From positions 1 through 32,285 of the forward strand of contig CAXNAD020000073.1 in the NCBI GenBank assembly GCA_964200185.2: a stretch of DNA of 32,285 nt, written 5' to 3'. The translations under genes were made by a program, and so were the position numbers. The notes beneath the pieces were generated by a model that saw nothing but the letters and a program-made list of their open reading frames with translations, was not told where the DNA came from and did not search any database. The DNA is from Choristocarpus tenellus KU-1152. Taxonomy: Eukaryota > Protista > Phaeophyceae. The number at the start of each line of letters is the position of its first letter. Positions within the stretch are counted from its first letter, which is position 1. Shown here one piece after another: positions 9,701 to 20,346 of this stretch.

Positions 9701-12700
9701 TGCCCACCTGTTGCTGCTGATATCCTGTGACAGCACAGACTGAGTGAGTCAAGGTGTCCTAACTCCACTAAAAACTCCTTCTAAGTCACTAAAGGGATGT
9801 GTAGCCTTTTCTGACCCGTGTGAGGGCTCACACTGTTGTTGTAGCACCATCCATACTTCGTATTTACAACACCCCTGTGTTAGTTTGAGGTCTCAATTGC
9901 TTGGTGGAGAAGGTGCTGGTCTAATCTCCATCCCAGGATGACGCCAACCAGATGCTCTGCTCCCCTCCTGTTCTATATCAACATGTCTTTATAACCTAGC
10001 TGTGAAGAGAACCTGAAACTGTTTGTGAGGAAATGAATTTCAACACATTTCTAAGTGGTACTGTCGCTGATGAACAAGGATAGTGCGAGGTTTACTGCTG
10101 TCACTCTTTATTGCTTCCTTGACCTGTTGTATCCTTGAGTTCTGTTTTATGGTTTGGAACTCCTGATTCACAACTTCTACAGTTTGTTAGAATTGACTAG
10201 GCACCATCGAAAAATATATTTATCCTTTTCACTATTTCATGTTCTAACGAACTATTTCCTTATGCCATACCAGTGTAAAACCAACCGAAATTTGCGACCA
10301 TCTCAATATGATCTGTTTTCAAAAATGAGAGGCATTTTCATTAACCTGACATAATAGCACGGTTGAGAGCAATGATTCCACTCTTGATGCCCATGTGTAG
10401 TCCACATCTAAACCTTAGAATGTACATGGACGTTCTCTAGGTTAGGGTTAGGGTTGACGAGGAGCACAGTAGGGATTTTGTGGTCGCAGTTCTTTTGTTT
10501 GGCACCAAGATAAAACTGTGCTTGGTAGATTGCGATCACCTTGCACACTCATTCCTCTTGTGAAAGATGTTGCACCCTTGACAGGTCTTTGGTTTTCTAC
10601 TGCATTGTGTCGTATCACTTAACGTATCACTTGATGCTCGTGTGAAATCACCATCAAATCTGTTGGCTGTGTTAACTTGATTGAGTTTGAAAGACCCACC
10701 CTCTAAGGTGGGGCCTGTCATGATGAGATGCACACCATCTCATCACATGGCATTCTGGTGGAGTGGTCAGTTCGTAGTGCATAATATTTGTCCATGGAGG
10801 CTTGATTTGGATACTGATGAGCCTCAAAATGTTGCTTTATTGGGCGTGAAGCATCCCAACTTCGAGCTTCCATGAAGGGAAATGTGTGAAATACATATTT
10901 TGAACAGAATAGTGACTCCTGCTCCTGTTGGGCTTTCTACTGGTACCCCTGCTTCAGTTTTTTTTTTTTCTGATTTAGGGTAATATATCGTTAATCCTTG
11001 CTGGTTGGGACCAGACTTTGGAGACTGGTTTGATAGTTGGTAGTACAGAACAGTATGCTGGCCTTTGATATACTGCAACACGATATCCAGGGTGAGTTAT
11101 CACAGTGAGAAGATGAGCCAGGCGTAGCTGTTGCTAGAAGTGGAAGCCACTAGCTGCGATCCTGTCCAGCATCCCCATTTCTATTTTTGGTTCCTGTCTG
11201 GCCTGAACCCTTCCCTCAGACTATAACCACCACCTCTACCCCGCCTTGGTTAAGAGTGACCCTCTAACCCCTGTGTACAAGCCAATGACTTGTGGCCTGC
11301 CCTTCCATATCTGAAATACAGCACTGCTTTCCACAGACCGGTGCAGCAAAATTGCGCAGTTGTTACCCCTACACTCTCAGCATGCTGTATGTCTTTCATT
11401 ATCAGTTCCTCTTCCCTCATACAGTCACTAACCCTACCCTGGTCTCAGTCATGCAAAACTCATTGTGCTCCAAGTTTTGATGGAGGCTTTTACCCTCCTG
11501 CATAAGCCCAGTCAATTCTCTTTGATATCTTCCCTCTAACACTGTCACATTATTGATTTCACCCACATAGGCTCTACTTAGGGTTAGGTTTGGTAGGAGA
11601 CTCAGTCTTTCAATGTATTCATTTTCCACCCAGACCTCCAAGCTCCATCACCAACTCCTCCATCTTCATTTATTGATTGATACGGGTCCCTTGCCTTCCC
11701 CAATCTCAATCCTGGCTATATCATCTTCATTTATTGATTGATGAACATCCGTGGCAGTTGTAGACGTTAAATCTCTCTCAGTGCCTGGAACGCCTCGCAT
11801 GGTAATCTGTGGCTATTGAGGATATCCTTGGCTGGTCTCCTAAGACGTGCTAAACAATACAGACATTGCAAAACATGTCCTCCTCGCAACCTCCCACTTG
11901 TATTGTTGCTCCTTGAATCTCAGGTGTCAGGTGTCAGGTGTCAGACCCTGTCCTGAGATGCTCCTTCGGCAGCAGTGTTGCCTGCCATCCCCCCGTAGAT
12001 GCATGCACCATAGACCTTTCCATTCCTTTCCCACCTGGGTTAATCTATGTTTCGTTCTCCCATGAACACCTTCATCTGTCTTTCCAAGTATATTCAAGTA
12101 TGGTCAAGTCATTGTAGGGTGACCTCATCATCAGGCACAGTACTTATCCTACCCTTTCCCAACGTTTTTGCTCGGATTCATTCCCTGCCAGGTCTTGTGT
12201 GCAAAACTAGATTGACAACCCACATAATGAGAGTGGCAGGTAGCATGTTAATTGAATCAGTACTAGGTGGTTAGGGTTAGGTTTAAACCTAACCCTAACC
12301 CTAACCCGTCCAACCCTTCCGTACTAAGAGTTGCTACCTAGCCAGCTGTTGAGTAAGTCAACAGCTCACCTGAGGTGGGGTTTCTCAATTACTTTCCATG
12401 CTATCAATCTACGCTATTGTGTAGTCCATGAGTTGCGCAGGAGAACTCCCCTGTCCTTAACAACCACCACTGTCATCTTATTTCATTTCTTCAAACAAAG
12501 CTTAGGGTTAGGGTTATTTTTCACACACAGTACAGGGCTAGTGCTAGAGTTTAGTTTTTTTAAATTGTGTGTGTGAGAGAGTGAAAAGTGGTGGGTCTTG
12601 AAAGTTGATGGTTCCCAAGTGCACATTGTGTACTGCTGGTCCATTTAGTTGAGTTCTAGGAAGTTTCCTTCGCCGTTTAAGAATATTTTCGACTCACAAG

Positions 12701-15700
12701 TTAGGGTTAGGATTATAGGGTTAGGTTTTTTTAATGTGTGTGAAAAAGGAAGGAAAAAAACCAGTGGGGTTTCCTAAGACGAAGGGATTTCCCTGTGCGC
12801 TGCAGTCCATTCTGTTCTGCTTGCTGTCCCTAGAACTTGGGAATGTTACACCTAACTCAGTTGCTCCTCTGTTGCTCTGATAAAATTGTGTAGAGAAACC
12901 CAACCTCGGAGTTAATTGTCATCCTGCTTGTAACCCTAAGTTGACCGGTTTAGGAATGAGAAGAATGATCAATGTCTGCTAAATCTTGAGAGTTGTTGAT
13001 GGGTACACTCTGCATGTGACACACTGTTTTTGGAGGTGGTGGAGGTGCTAGGTGAAGTACGGGGGGCTGCTGGAGTACCAATCCTGATCTTGTTGCTCCA
13101 AGTGATGTATCTAATATGGTGGGGGAGGGCACTCTCCTCAAGTTTGACAGGCACTAGCATGAGCTCTGGTTGGGGAGGGTCGGTGCTAGTTCTGATGCTG
13201 TTCAACTTGTACTGGACTTGTCAGGTACGCAATCCCTAACCCTGAATCAAATACGAACAGTTATGTGGGGGTGGTTGAACACTTATCACTCTCTTTTGAA
13301 ATTTGGTGTAAGGAAACACCAGGTATAAGAAATCAATTAATAATATGATAAATGTCCTAACCTCAGAATTTGTGCTTGGGTTGTGTCAGTGTTGGGTTGT
13401 AGTAGTGACTGAAGGTAAAGGACGATAGCTATTTCACAAAAGGAAATGATATCAGCGCTTTTAGATAAGACTTGCTGTAATCTCTTGCAGTTCCTCTTAC
13501 TGCAATGTACTTGACATATCCCTGACTGCGACAATGGTCATGTGGGCAAATCATTTGTTGGTGTGACTAAGCTGCTTCTCTTCACTAACGGCTATCTCTT
13601 GTCTTCTTTGCATGTTCTTCTACTGTTTGTTCTTCTACTGTTTGTGCACTGCATCCCCTCGTGATACCTCTTTCCGGCAGGTGTTTAGAGGTATCATGGT
13701 TGTATTTGTGTCTGGGACAATGTCCTCGTGCTGCACATCAGACAATAGGAAGTCAAAAGGTTCAGGGTTTTCACAAGAACTTGTTGAAGGAAAGGGGTAT
13801 CTCGATGAATATGACGAGTACCTCAATGATGATGTTCTTGTGGGAGAGGGGGGGAGGGATGGAGGCGACACCGATGGCAATCCTCTAGTATCAGGGAGAA
13901 ATGAGTCGCATGACTCTGTTTCAGGATCAGGACGACCAAAGGAGAGGGGTTCATCAAGGGTGAGGACGGTTCCTCCTGTCATTTCCCTCGTTTGTTAGCT
14001 TGACCTTGAAGCCTTGCCCATTTTTGGTGTGTGTGTAAAACTGCCTGTATGTGACCTATCAACAACTTCAATGAACTTTAGGATCCTCTATGGGCCTACT
14101 ACAAATTTGTCTACGATACTTCATCAACCTTAGTGATTCCAATACATCTGGGTGATTCTCAATAGTTCCACACTTGAGTAGTCTGTGGTGGTGCCTCCGC
14201 TGTATAATGAGACTTGACCTGTACCCCGTTTTCTTGTCAGGAAAACACACTAGTGGAAAACACACTAGTGGCAGTCTACCTTCGCATTGCTCTCACTTCC
14301 AGCTTTGGTTCAGCTTGCAAGGGAGCCATCCTATCACCACTTGGCCAGGTAAGCTCGGTCTCGGAGAGGTGTCAAGCATGTACCCTCCTCAAACCTTTTA
14401 ATCCAGCAATGTGGTGGAGTAGAAAATGTAGCCGTTGGCCATGGAAGTAGCTTGCAAACACCGTTGGCTTGGCTTGACAGGTTTGGTTTGGGGTAGTGTA
14501 GTGCATTGATAAGAAAAGAAACCCTTTGAGCAGGAGGTAAGACATTGTTTTTGTGGTTTGTAATGGGTGACCGGCGTGTCCTGCTCATCAATCACTGTTA
14601 AGTCACGCATGCATTCTGTGCAGCAAAATTACCTTTTGACACTGTTTTAATGGTGTTCACTGTTAAGAAGTGGTTCAATGGTCCAAGACGTTTTTCACTG
14701 CCCTATTTTACGGGATGGCACTGAACCAGTTTCGAGATCTCAGACAGCAGTAGGTTGTATTGTTATCGACTGCAATTGAGGGGGGGGGAGGGGGAGGGGG
14801 TGTCACTCTGGACAGTTCAGTTGATTGTAAGCGCACTGCATTGCTATGCACCACCACATAGAGCAGCATTGATTGTTGCTCTGTTTACTCTTTTCCAATG
14901 CTTTTGTTACTTGTGATGAGGTCCCATGTCAAGAACAAGCTGGTATTGACTCAAAGAAGCCAGTCACAACACCATCGAACCGTCCAATCACATCCATTCA
15001 GACCATGAACCGCAGTATATAGTCTCGCTAAGAGCAACCATTTGTTTTTTACTGAAGCTGTGACAAATACAATCTTGCATTGTTTGCATATTTCTTTGTT
15101 CACATGATTGGTAGCTCACCTCCTGCTCAGCTTGATACCTTAGGGTTAGGGTTAGGGTTAGGGTTAGGATTTTTGTTCACATGAGATTGGTAGCTCACCT
15201 CCTGCTTAGCTTGGCAGCTGATGTCCTCGTCTAGCAAATGCAAGTTATCTGCAGTCACACAAACATAGAGCTGTTTATCGTTTAAGAGAGTAAGTGGACG
15301 CTACTTTGACAGAGTACCTCAACAAGAACTATAAATTTCGGCCAAGGCAATAAAACAGTGCTTCTTTTGTTTAAGAGCATGGATCCCCCCTAAGCCATGC
15401 TCCTAGAAGGACAAATTTCGCGCTGCATTTGGTCATTTCTTCCTGCATTTTGTGTAAATGTTACAAATAGTCATTAAGGAAACGCTTGATAATATTATTT
15501 CAATATCAGCTCCTAGGATACTACCATCTTTCTGATTGGAACATTTGTTCAGCACATCCCAATCTTGATGAAAACTCCAAATGTAGAGCTGATTCTAATG
15601 CTAACCCTATCTCCACTAGTGCTTACAATTTTTGTTTTCCTGTATGGACTCTAAATTTCATGCATTTCAATCCCTCCAGCTCAGATCTATGGTGACGTGC

Positions 15701-18700
15701 TTGACTTCAAGGGTGAGGGAGCCTTCTGGTAGGCAAATATCAAGAGGTGGCCGTTGTGTAGATGCCTTTGAGTCGCTGACAAGGGGGTACCACGACTTGG
15801 CGCTCGTTCATGTTGGTGCCTACAGGTATACCAACTTTGTAAGCTTTCCATTTTTCTGAATGCTATCCCCAACAGCACTTTCCTCTCCTGGTGTGGGTTC
15901 CAACTTAGGGTTGGGGTTAGGGTTAGCACGATGGAAGCACTCACAATTCAAACCCTACTGAAGTCCAGGCCATGGCAGGCGTTGAGCAAGTGGCAATAGT
16001 TGAAAGTATATAGTGAGTGCACTAGCAGCGAGGATCAGATGGGGAGAAGTATTACTTAATAGAGGACATCAACTCAAGGACTGTTGGCAATAGTGCATAG
16101 CCAACATATTATTTTTGTGAAGATTGGTTATCAGCCATGTGAATGCACAACTGCCTGTTTAGGAGAGCCTCACATCAACCTGTGGCAGTGGCAACAATCT
16201 AAATAATCTACTGGTAGAATGGATAGTCAGCATAAGGTACCCAGGAGGAAGAGATTGTGGTGTTTTTTCTCATCTTTCCATGTCCCCTCTCAGGTGATTT
16301 TGCCAGTAACAGAATGGGATCAACACACAACCCTAACCCTGATTTCGATAGTTTTCCTGCTGAACTAGTTGTGTACTTAAGTGCTTCTACATACTCAGTA
16401 CTTCAGTTGACAAATTTCAATCCTTGCACATTAGAGTGTTTGCAGACAGATCAATTGGAATGTGCCTGAATATTTGTATTTTCAACCTACTGCATGGAAC
16501 ATGTTGATTTAACTGTAATATGTCTGGCGTTGGATGTCACGATGACAGGAGGATGTACACAAGAGTTTAGTAGGTGCAGTCAGTAGAAACGTAACTGCTT
16601 TTTGTCCAATACTTTTTTTAATTTTTTTCTGAGTGATTGGTATTGGTCACCTCAATGCGGATTTTTTTTTCGCATTATGTTAGAGAGGGAATGCTCGCTG
16701 TTGAGATTGCATGCAAAGTAGACCAGTAGAAAGCATGAAGTCTTGTCTGGCTTTGGGAATTATTTTAGAGTTAGTGGCAACCTCCTGCACAATGGTGACC
16801 TTCCTTGCGTACACGCCTCACTTTAATTTGGACTCAGATTGTGTCACTGACTGAGTTAAAAACACAAAATTGGGCTCCACTGTGGTTGTCAGTGTGTAGG
16901 AACATTCTGAATTTGTTCCCCATCCTTTATAGTTTGTTGGGTTTTTGCTCTGTTGCCCCACACTATCCATTTGTCCAGGTGCATGGTGATCACTGTGGTG
17001 CGGGTTGGGCGGAGGACCGTTGTCTGAGCTGAAGTGTGAAACAAACCCCAACATCAGATCTCATCGTAACAAGTTGGTGTCACTCCCCTCGACTTGTACA
17101 ACAGCTTTATGCCAGCTCTAATTGCCTCATAGTAATGTTTCGATCTTGTCCCATTAGTACCAACTTTGCATTTCGGCGCATTGGTACTAACATATTAATT
17201 TTGCTTGTCCCATTTTGTAATTGCCCCATTTTTTTAATAGTACTGCATATTCCCCTGCTGTGGATGAGGTCTGGAAGCTTCTCCGACAATCTGGACTAGA
17301 GGCGGTGTTTGCAGAAGACCTTGTAGGGCCAGCAATGAACTGGCTCTCAGTATCCATGGCAGTTTTGACAGCTGCAGCTATTGGTGCTGCTCCACATGGC
17401 CATGCTGCAGACAGGTACCAAGTATGCCCTGCCCTGTAAATACGTATCAGGTGGTATTGTGTATGTATTGCTCATTTTGTTTTGTTGCAACTCATTCTAC
17501 TTGTAATAGTTTGCAACTGACAACAGGAAGGTTGTAATAATAATAATACTAATAAAAATAATACTAATCGTCTTCAATGGCTGCGCACCATGTTTGAATG
17601 CTGAATTGACTCTTCATTCATTTTCTGTTACTCTAACTGTTTCCAAGAATCGTTCCCTCTTCCAGTTCTTATCTCTCAGCCGGTTCCTTTCACTGATTTC
17701 CACTGACTAATTGTGACAGTTAATGGAGTGCTTATCTTTGGGGTCGGAAAGACTTGAGTGCATTTTAGGGTGGTTCAGTTCCTGTATCGCAAATATACCC
17801 TACTGTTGTGCTTAGAGGTACTGAGGCTGAGGAGGTAACTCCATCACTCCATCACTGTAAAGTTGAAGTGATACCTTAGTGTTCAAATCGTGGTGGTAGG
17901 TCACTTTTCCCATGTGGTTGCTTGGTACCACGAGAATAATGCACCCCGTATTCCAATCCAACTTAGGGTTACTGTTTTGAGTGAGAGTAAGAATGGTGTC
18001 CAATTCTCCTGTTGGTGTGGTGTTCTTGCGAAGAGGGCATTGCAGTGGAAATGATACACTCAAAGGCAAGAGATAAAACACACTGCACAAGATGAACACA
18101 CGGTGCATGTGATTTGACTCGGCTGTAGAGGAGTAGGGAGAGTTGATGAACAATGTAGTATCTGAATCTGTAATGCATGAGAAGCAATGCCCTGACCTTA
18201 GTGCCAGGTGAATCAAGTTAGAACTACAATTTAGGCTAGTCCAGGCTAACATGAAAATGATGGTATTAGTTTCCCCAGAGAGGTCAAAGTATCTGGGGGG
18301 GGGGTGTCGGCATCCTTTTTTCACCCTTTTTTCGATTTTCACTTTTTTGATGCGATTTGGTCGCACGTGTCGGATTTGAAATGTCAGCAGAAACAGAAGT
18401 TATTTGACTGAAACAGACGCTCCCTCACAAACCACCCCCCCACCCCCTCTCCCAGATACTTTGACCCAGAGGCAATTGGAACAGTTTTTGCAAAATATAC
18501 TCTGGGGAAGATAACATGCTTTGCAAGATTGACATTAGCTGAGCTTCTTGGTATTGTGCCTGTTGTAGAAGGATTAGGTCAGACTGTGCCTGTACATTGT
18601 CGAACACTTTGAAGTATTGACGTAACTTTGATTTGTCCCTGTAAAAGAGAACACTCTATAAAGGAAAGGGTAATAGTCTATACTTGAAAGGGAGAATATT

Positions 18701-20346
18701 CTTAGTCAGAACAGCACACTTTTGCTAAATTTATAGTGAGCAATACAGATATCCCTGCCCTTGTTTCTGTATGTGTTTCATTTTGGGGCTCCTCGACTAT
18801 TTAGTACTTGCCGAACAAAGCTTAACCTGTTGTATGTTGATTCTATATCTGCATCTCTTGGCTACCTGCTGTGTTTGCTTTTGACCTCTGAATGACTGCT
18901 CAGGTTGATATTCTTCACCTTCCTTGTGTTTTACGTGGTTCGCTCCTGTATGCAAACAGGAACAGAGGTATGCACTTTTATCATGATCACATTTACTCTG
19001 AGCACCATTTCGCTGCACCTACAGGACTGTAAAAATTCCTGGAATAAACAGGATCCGCAATCCTGTTGGAGAGTTCTACACATAAATGAAGTTTGTGCTC
19101 CATGGTAGTACAAGTGCAGAGTCATTTGTAGTGCAAAAATCGTAAAACAAGCAAAGAAGATTTTGATTATGTAATCGTTGCGGTATATTCTAACCCGAAC
19201 CCTAACCCTGAATACATCCAGTGACAAATTGTACTATCACAATGCTGAACTTCTATGAATATCCATGGACAGGAATGTTGGTGTGTCCCTGTAAGTGGAT
19301 TTCAATTTACTCCAAACCAAGAATTACTCAGAATGGCCCTAGCTTCAGTATGTTGCTGATATAGCACATGCTCTTTGGTAGTATTACAAACCAAATGTCA
19401 CTTGCGCATGACCCCAGTTCTCACTTCTCTTGTATGATGTAATATTCCCTCCAGGATTTCCTCTTTGTACTGTGGCCCCTTTCACCGATTTGACAGACTG
19501 AACCACAAATATGAGTAGCAAGAGCATAACGGCTGTATCTTGTTTAACTTCCCCTTGGTATCTTGGTCAAAACGTATTTCTTACACATTTACCACTTTTT
19601 TCCGTGCTGTGGATGCCTGGTCAAATCTTTGGTAGTGGGGTCAGTTTGAAGACTGTGGTTGAAGCATCCTCTTCATTGAAATAAAGGATTGGTACTAGGA
19701 CAATTGTAGAAATGGCCAAAGCCTCCTGTAGCAACCAACCTGGAAATGATCATTTTTTCAATTAACTGCCTTCAGTGTGTATAATCCTTGCCTTACCAGG
19801 TGCTAAGGTCTGCTGTTTATGCAGTTTACCTCCAATTTGTGGACAATCCACACAGCTTGGGAGAGGTACGTGACTTGGAAAAATGTAGCATTGCTTGTAG
19901 ATGTGGAGTGTGTATTTTAGAAGTTGCTGGGTTGTGATCTGTGGCATCAAATATAGACTGTGCATTGAGTTGTGATCCAATCTCCAATCAAGGAAAGAAA
20001 GGCAGTATTGGAGATTCACCAATACTTCAGAGATGGTCAAATACCTACAACCCACTGTAGAGTTCTATTTCCAGTACTCCTGAAATACTGCATTGCCAAT
20101 AATGTGTGCAGCCGGGCTTTCTGTATTGGTAGTGACAAGTGCAATATATGTTGTCTTTCCATTTTGCTAAAATTTTGTCAGTGCAGACCCTTTTTATCAT
20201 GTTTCTCGCTTTCTGAACCTCTGTGCTCTCTTCTGTTCTTGCTCTGTGTGACGTCCTATCAGCGGTTCTCCCTTATCTACCACCGCCTTGAGCGTGTTTC
20301 AGAGTTATGGAAATACCAGGATCAACTGTGGGGTGTGCAGGTCTAG
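545..20346 (+). CDS. Choline transporter-like (CTL/SLC44/PNS1 family) multi-pass membrane protein, spliced gene. Exons: 545-745, 3333-3466, 8010-8108 (uncertain), 8225-8438, 8918-9050, 13036-13224, 13681-13959, 14241-14348, 15680-15825, 17241-17414, 18904-18967, 19800-19865, 20263-20346
   Basis: All introns are GT-AG and the phases join without stops (1891 nt = 1 + 630 codons including TAG). The product has family-typical segments in the expected order: LMLFNLYWTCQ|VFRGIMVVFVSG (cf. LFSLYWTSQVIKNVVHVTVAG), RIALTSSFGSACKGAIL (cf. RAxTxSFGSICFGSL), FESLTRGYHDLALVHVGAYSTAYSPAVDEVWKLLRQSGLEAVFAEDLVG (cf. FNxYAxxxVAIYGxSFxxAAxxxWxLxxxxGxxAxINDDL) and VLRSAVYAVYLQFVDNP. Family assignment is by motif recognition, not a database search. 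Confidence 0.85.
1295..1720 (+). mobile_element. Highly decayed RTE-type LINE reverse-transcriptase C-terminal fragments
   Basis: Broken translations LGWQAT*VRG*EGQPQRHL...GRPGKVLNGCVEEEI...WQTGAK and MVQTEVVEAI loosely resemble RTE motifs (LRWAGHVVRM..RLPKR, GRP.K.W.DCV..D, M.KAEVVEALLYG). Confidence 0.3.
1765..1978. repeat. 20-bp tandem repeat (CAAGTTAACTCTAACTCTGA), about 10.5 copies
   Basis: Near-perfect 20-nt period. Confidence 0.97.
3333..3466 (+). CDS. CTL-like gene exon (QGHFPAMWNIGDVEEAAALRENVCYGGLSTELWIALASNTSHSF)
   Basis: Poly-T tract plus catcag acceptor, donor G|gtaggc. Phase 2 in and phase 1 out, compatible with neighbouring exons. Confidence 0.6.
3804..4146. repeat. Three ~90-bp direct repeats, each preceded by a TTAGGG tract of different length
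   Basis: Copies at ~3819-3907, 3943-4032 and 4057-4146 share ...ATGCTAGGTGTGAATAGCAGTTC...GGCAATGTAGATCCAC...AATGTGAAGTG. Confidence 0.95.
5620..5820 (-). mobile_element. Decayed Ty1/copia LTR retrotransposon fragment (aspartic protease active-site region)
   Basis: DSWLLYGGASHS resembles the copia WxLDSGASxH motif. The surrounding ~5-6.6 kb region is CpG-stripped and riddled with stops. Confidence 0.4.
6596..6726. repeat. 43-bp tandem repeat x3 (CATCTCGGTTGTAATGATTGGCCTAT...)
   Basis: Units start at 6596, 6639 and 6682. Confidence 0.92.
8010..8108 (+). CDS. Candidate CTL-like exon (putative first TM segment), contains (AT)6
   Basis: ccag acceptor, strong gtaagg donor at 8109, symmetric phase 1-1 and open as PEIVDVVTTPSCASFLFIYIYSSVSLGRDTSH. 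The reading frame is ambiguous (see findings). Confidence 0.4.
8225..8438 (+). CDS. CTL-like exon, TM segments (…CLNLGAAMGLFLSCMFQWVLMNTRLGSFLAKRSLHAAVALEIIL)
   Basis: Pyrimidine tract plus ctag acceptor, AG|gtgata donor, hydrophobic helices. Confidence 0.75.
8918..9050 (+). CDS. CTL-like exon (VGILAFSRVHWPLAVVLGVMAVNGVRWGTRLKDSRHFLGMLVDM)
   Basis: ttgttag acceptor and canonical gtgagt donor. Phase 2 in and phase 0 out. It is not in the ORF track. Confidence 0.8.
9560..10030 (-). mobile_element. Possible decayed copia gag remnant
   Basis: EVWMVLQQQCEP resembles the gag EAWxxLxxxYEP motif. This is weak evidence. Confidence 0.22.
13036..13224 (+). CDS. CTL-like exon (VVEVLGEV...ILLLQVMYLIWWG...VLVLMLFNLYWTCQ)
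   Basis: Two TM helices and the conserved YWTxQ motif. Donor CAG|gtacgc. The acceptor is a less common GAG. Confidence 0.85.
13681..13959 (+). CDS. CTL-like exon (VFRGIMVVFVSGTMSSCC + long acidic/Gly-rich loop)
   Basis: ctctttccggcag acceptor and AGG|gtgagg donor. It continues the YWTxQ-V motif. Confidence 0.85.
14241..14348 (+). CDS. CTL-like exon (ENTLVENTLVAVYLRIALTSSFGSACKGAILSPLGQ)
   Basis: ttttcttgtcag acceptor, CAG|gtaagc donor and the SFGS motif. Confidence 0.88.
15680..15825 (+). CDS. CTL-like exon (LRSMVTCL...VDAFESLTRGYHDLALVHVGAY)
   Basis: ccctccag acceptor and AG|gtatac donor. Phase 0 in and phase 2 out. Confidence 0.82.
17185..17191 (+). promoter_or_regulatory. Canonical branch-point sequence TACTAAC
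   Basis: Exact TACTAAC about 50 nt upstream of the 17240 acceptor. Confidence 0.6.
17241..17414 (+). CDS. CTL-like exon (TAYSPAVDEVWKLLRQSGLEAVFAEDLVGPAMNWLSVSMAVLTAAAIG...)
   Basis: TACTAAC branch point at ~17185, T-tract plus aatag acceptor, AG|gtacca donor. Confidence 0.88.
18282..18466. mobile_element. MITE-like element (185 bp) with terminal inverted repeats GGTCAAAGTATCTGGG...CCCAGATACTTTGACC
   Basis: Perfect 16-bp TIRs continued inward by G/C runs. Flanks CAGAGA/CAGAGG are a possible 6-bp TSD with one mismatch. A related TIR occurs at 32209. Confidence 0.75.
18904..18967 (+). CDS. CTL-like exon (LIFFTFLVFYVVRSCMQTGTE)
   Basis: ctcag acceptor, GAG|gtatgc donor, TM helix and compatible phases. 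Confidence 0.78.
19800..19865 (+). CDS. CTL-like exon (VLRSAVYAVYLQFVDNPHSLGE)
   Basis: ccttgccttaccag acceptor and GAG|gtacgt donor. It resembles the family's VxxAVxTxxVCFAEDP segment. Confidence 0.82.
20263..20346 (+). CDS. CTL-like terminal exon (RFSLIYHRLERVSELWKYQDQLWGVQV*)
   Basis: Long pyrimidine tract plus atcag acceptor, phase 0, ends in TAG. Confidence 0.75.
   Translation, partial: RFSLIYHRLERVSELWKYQDQLWGVQV

Larger units (their letters stand above)
750..19209. repeat. Field of dispersed short interstitial telomeric tracts, mostly 2-8 units and in both orientations (e.g. 826-871, 1067-1120, 2211-2239, 2318-2353, 3908-3942, 7834-7865, 8847-8892, 9133-9169, 9495-9526, 12269-12307, 15140-15168)
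   Basis: Directly visible TTAGGG/CCCTAA runs, roughly 35 counted by eye, all intronic. Confidence 0.95.

Noticed and set aside
13635-13982. Minus-strand Ser/Pro-rich ORF resembling a retroelement ORF1
   Set aside because: It is the antisense shadow of the CTL-like exon 13681-13959.
14398-14610. Possible piggyBac/mariner DDE fragment (LTVIDEQ...KPVK...NGYIF)
   Set aside because: The similarity is too weak and the spacing is inconsistent, so it cannot be supported without a search.
16979-17032. Candidate exon after the ttgtccag acceptor
   Set aside because: All frames reach stops without a convincing donor, and exons 15680-15825 and 17241-17414 already join in phase.
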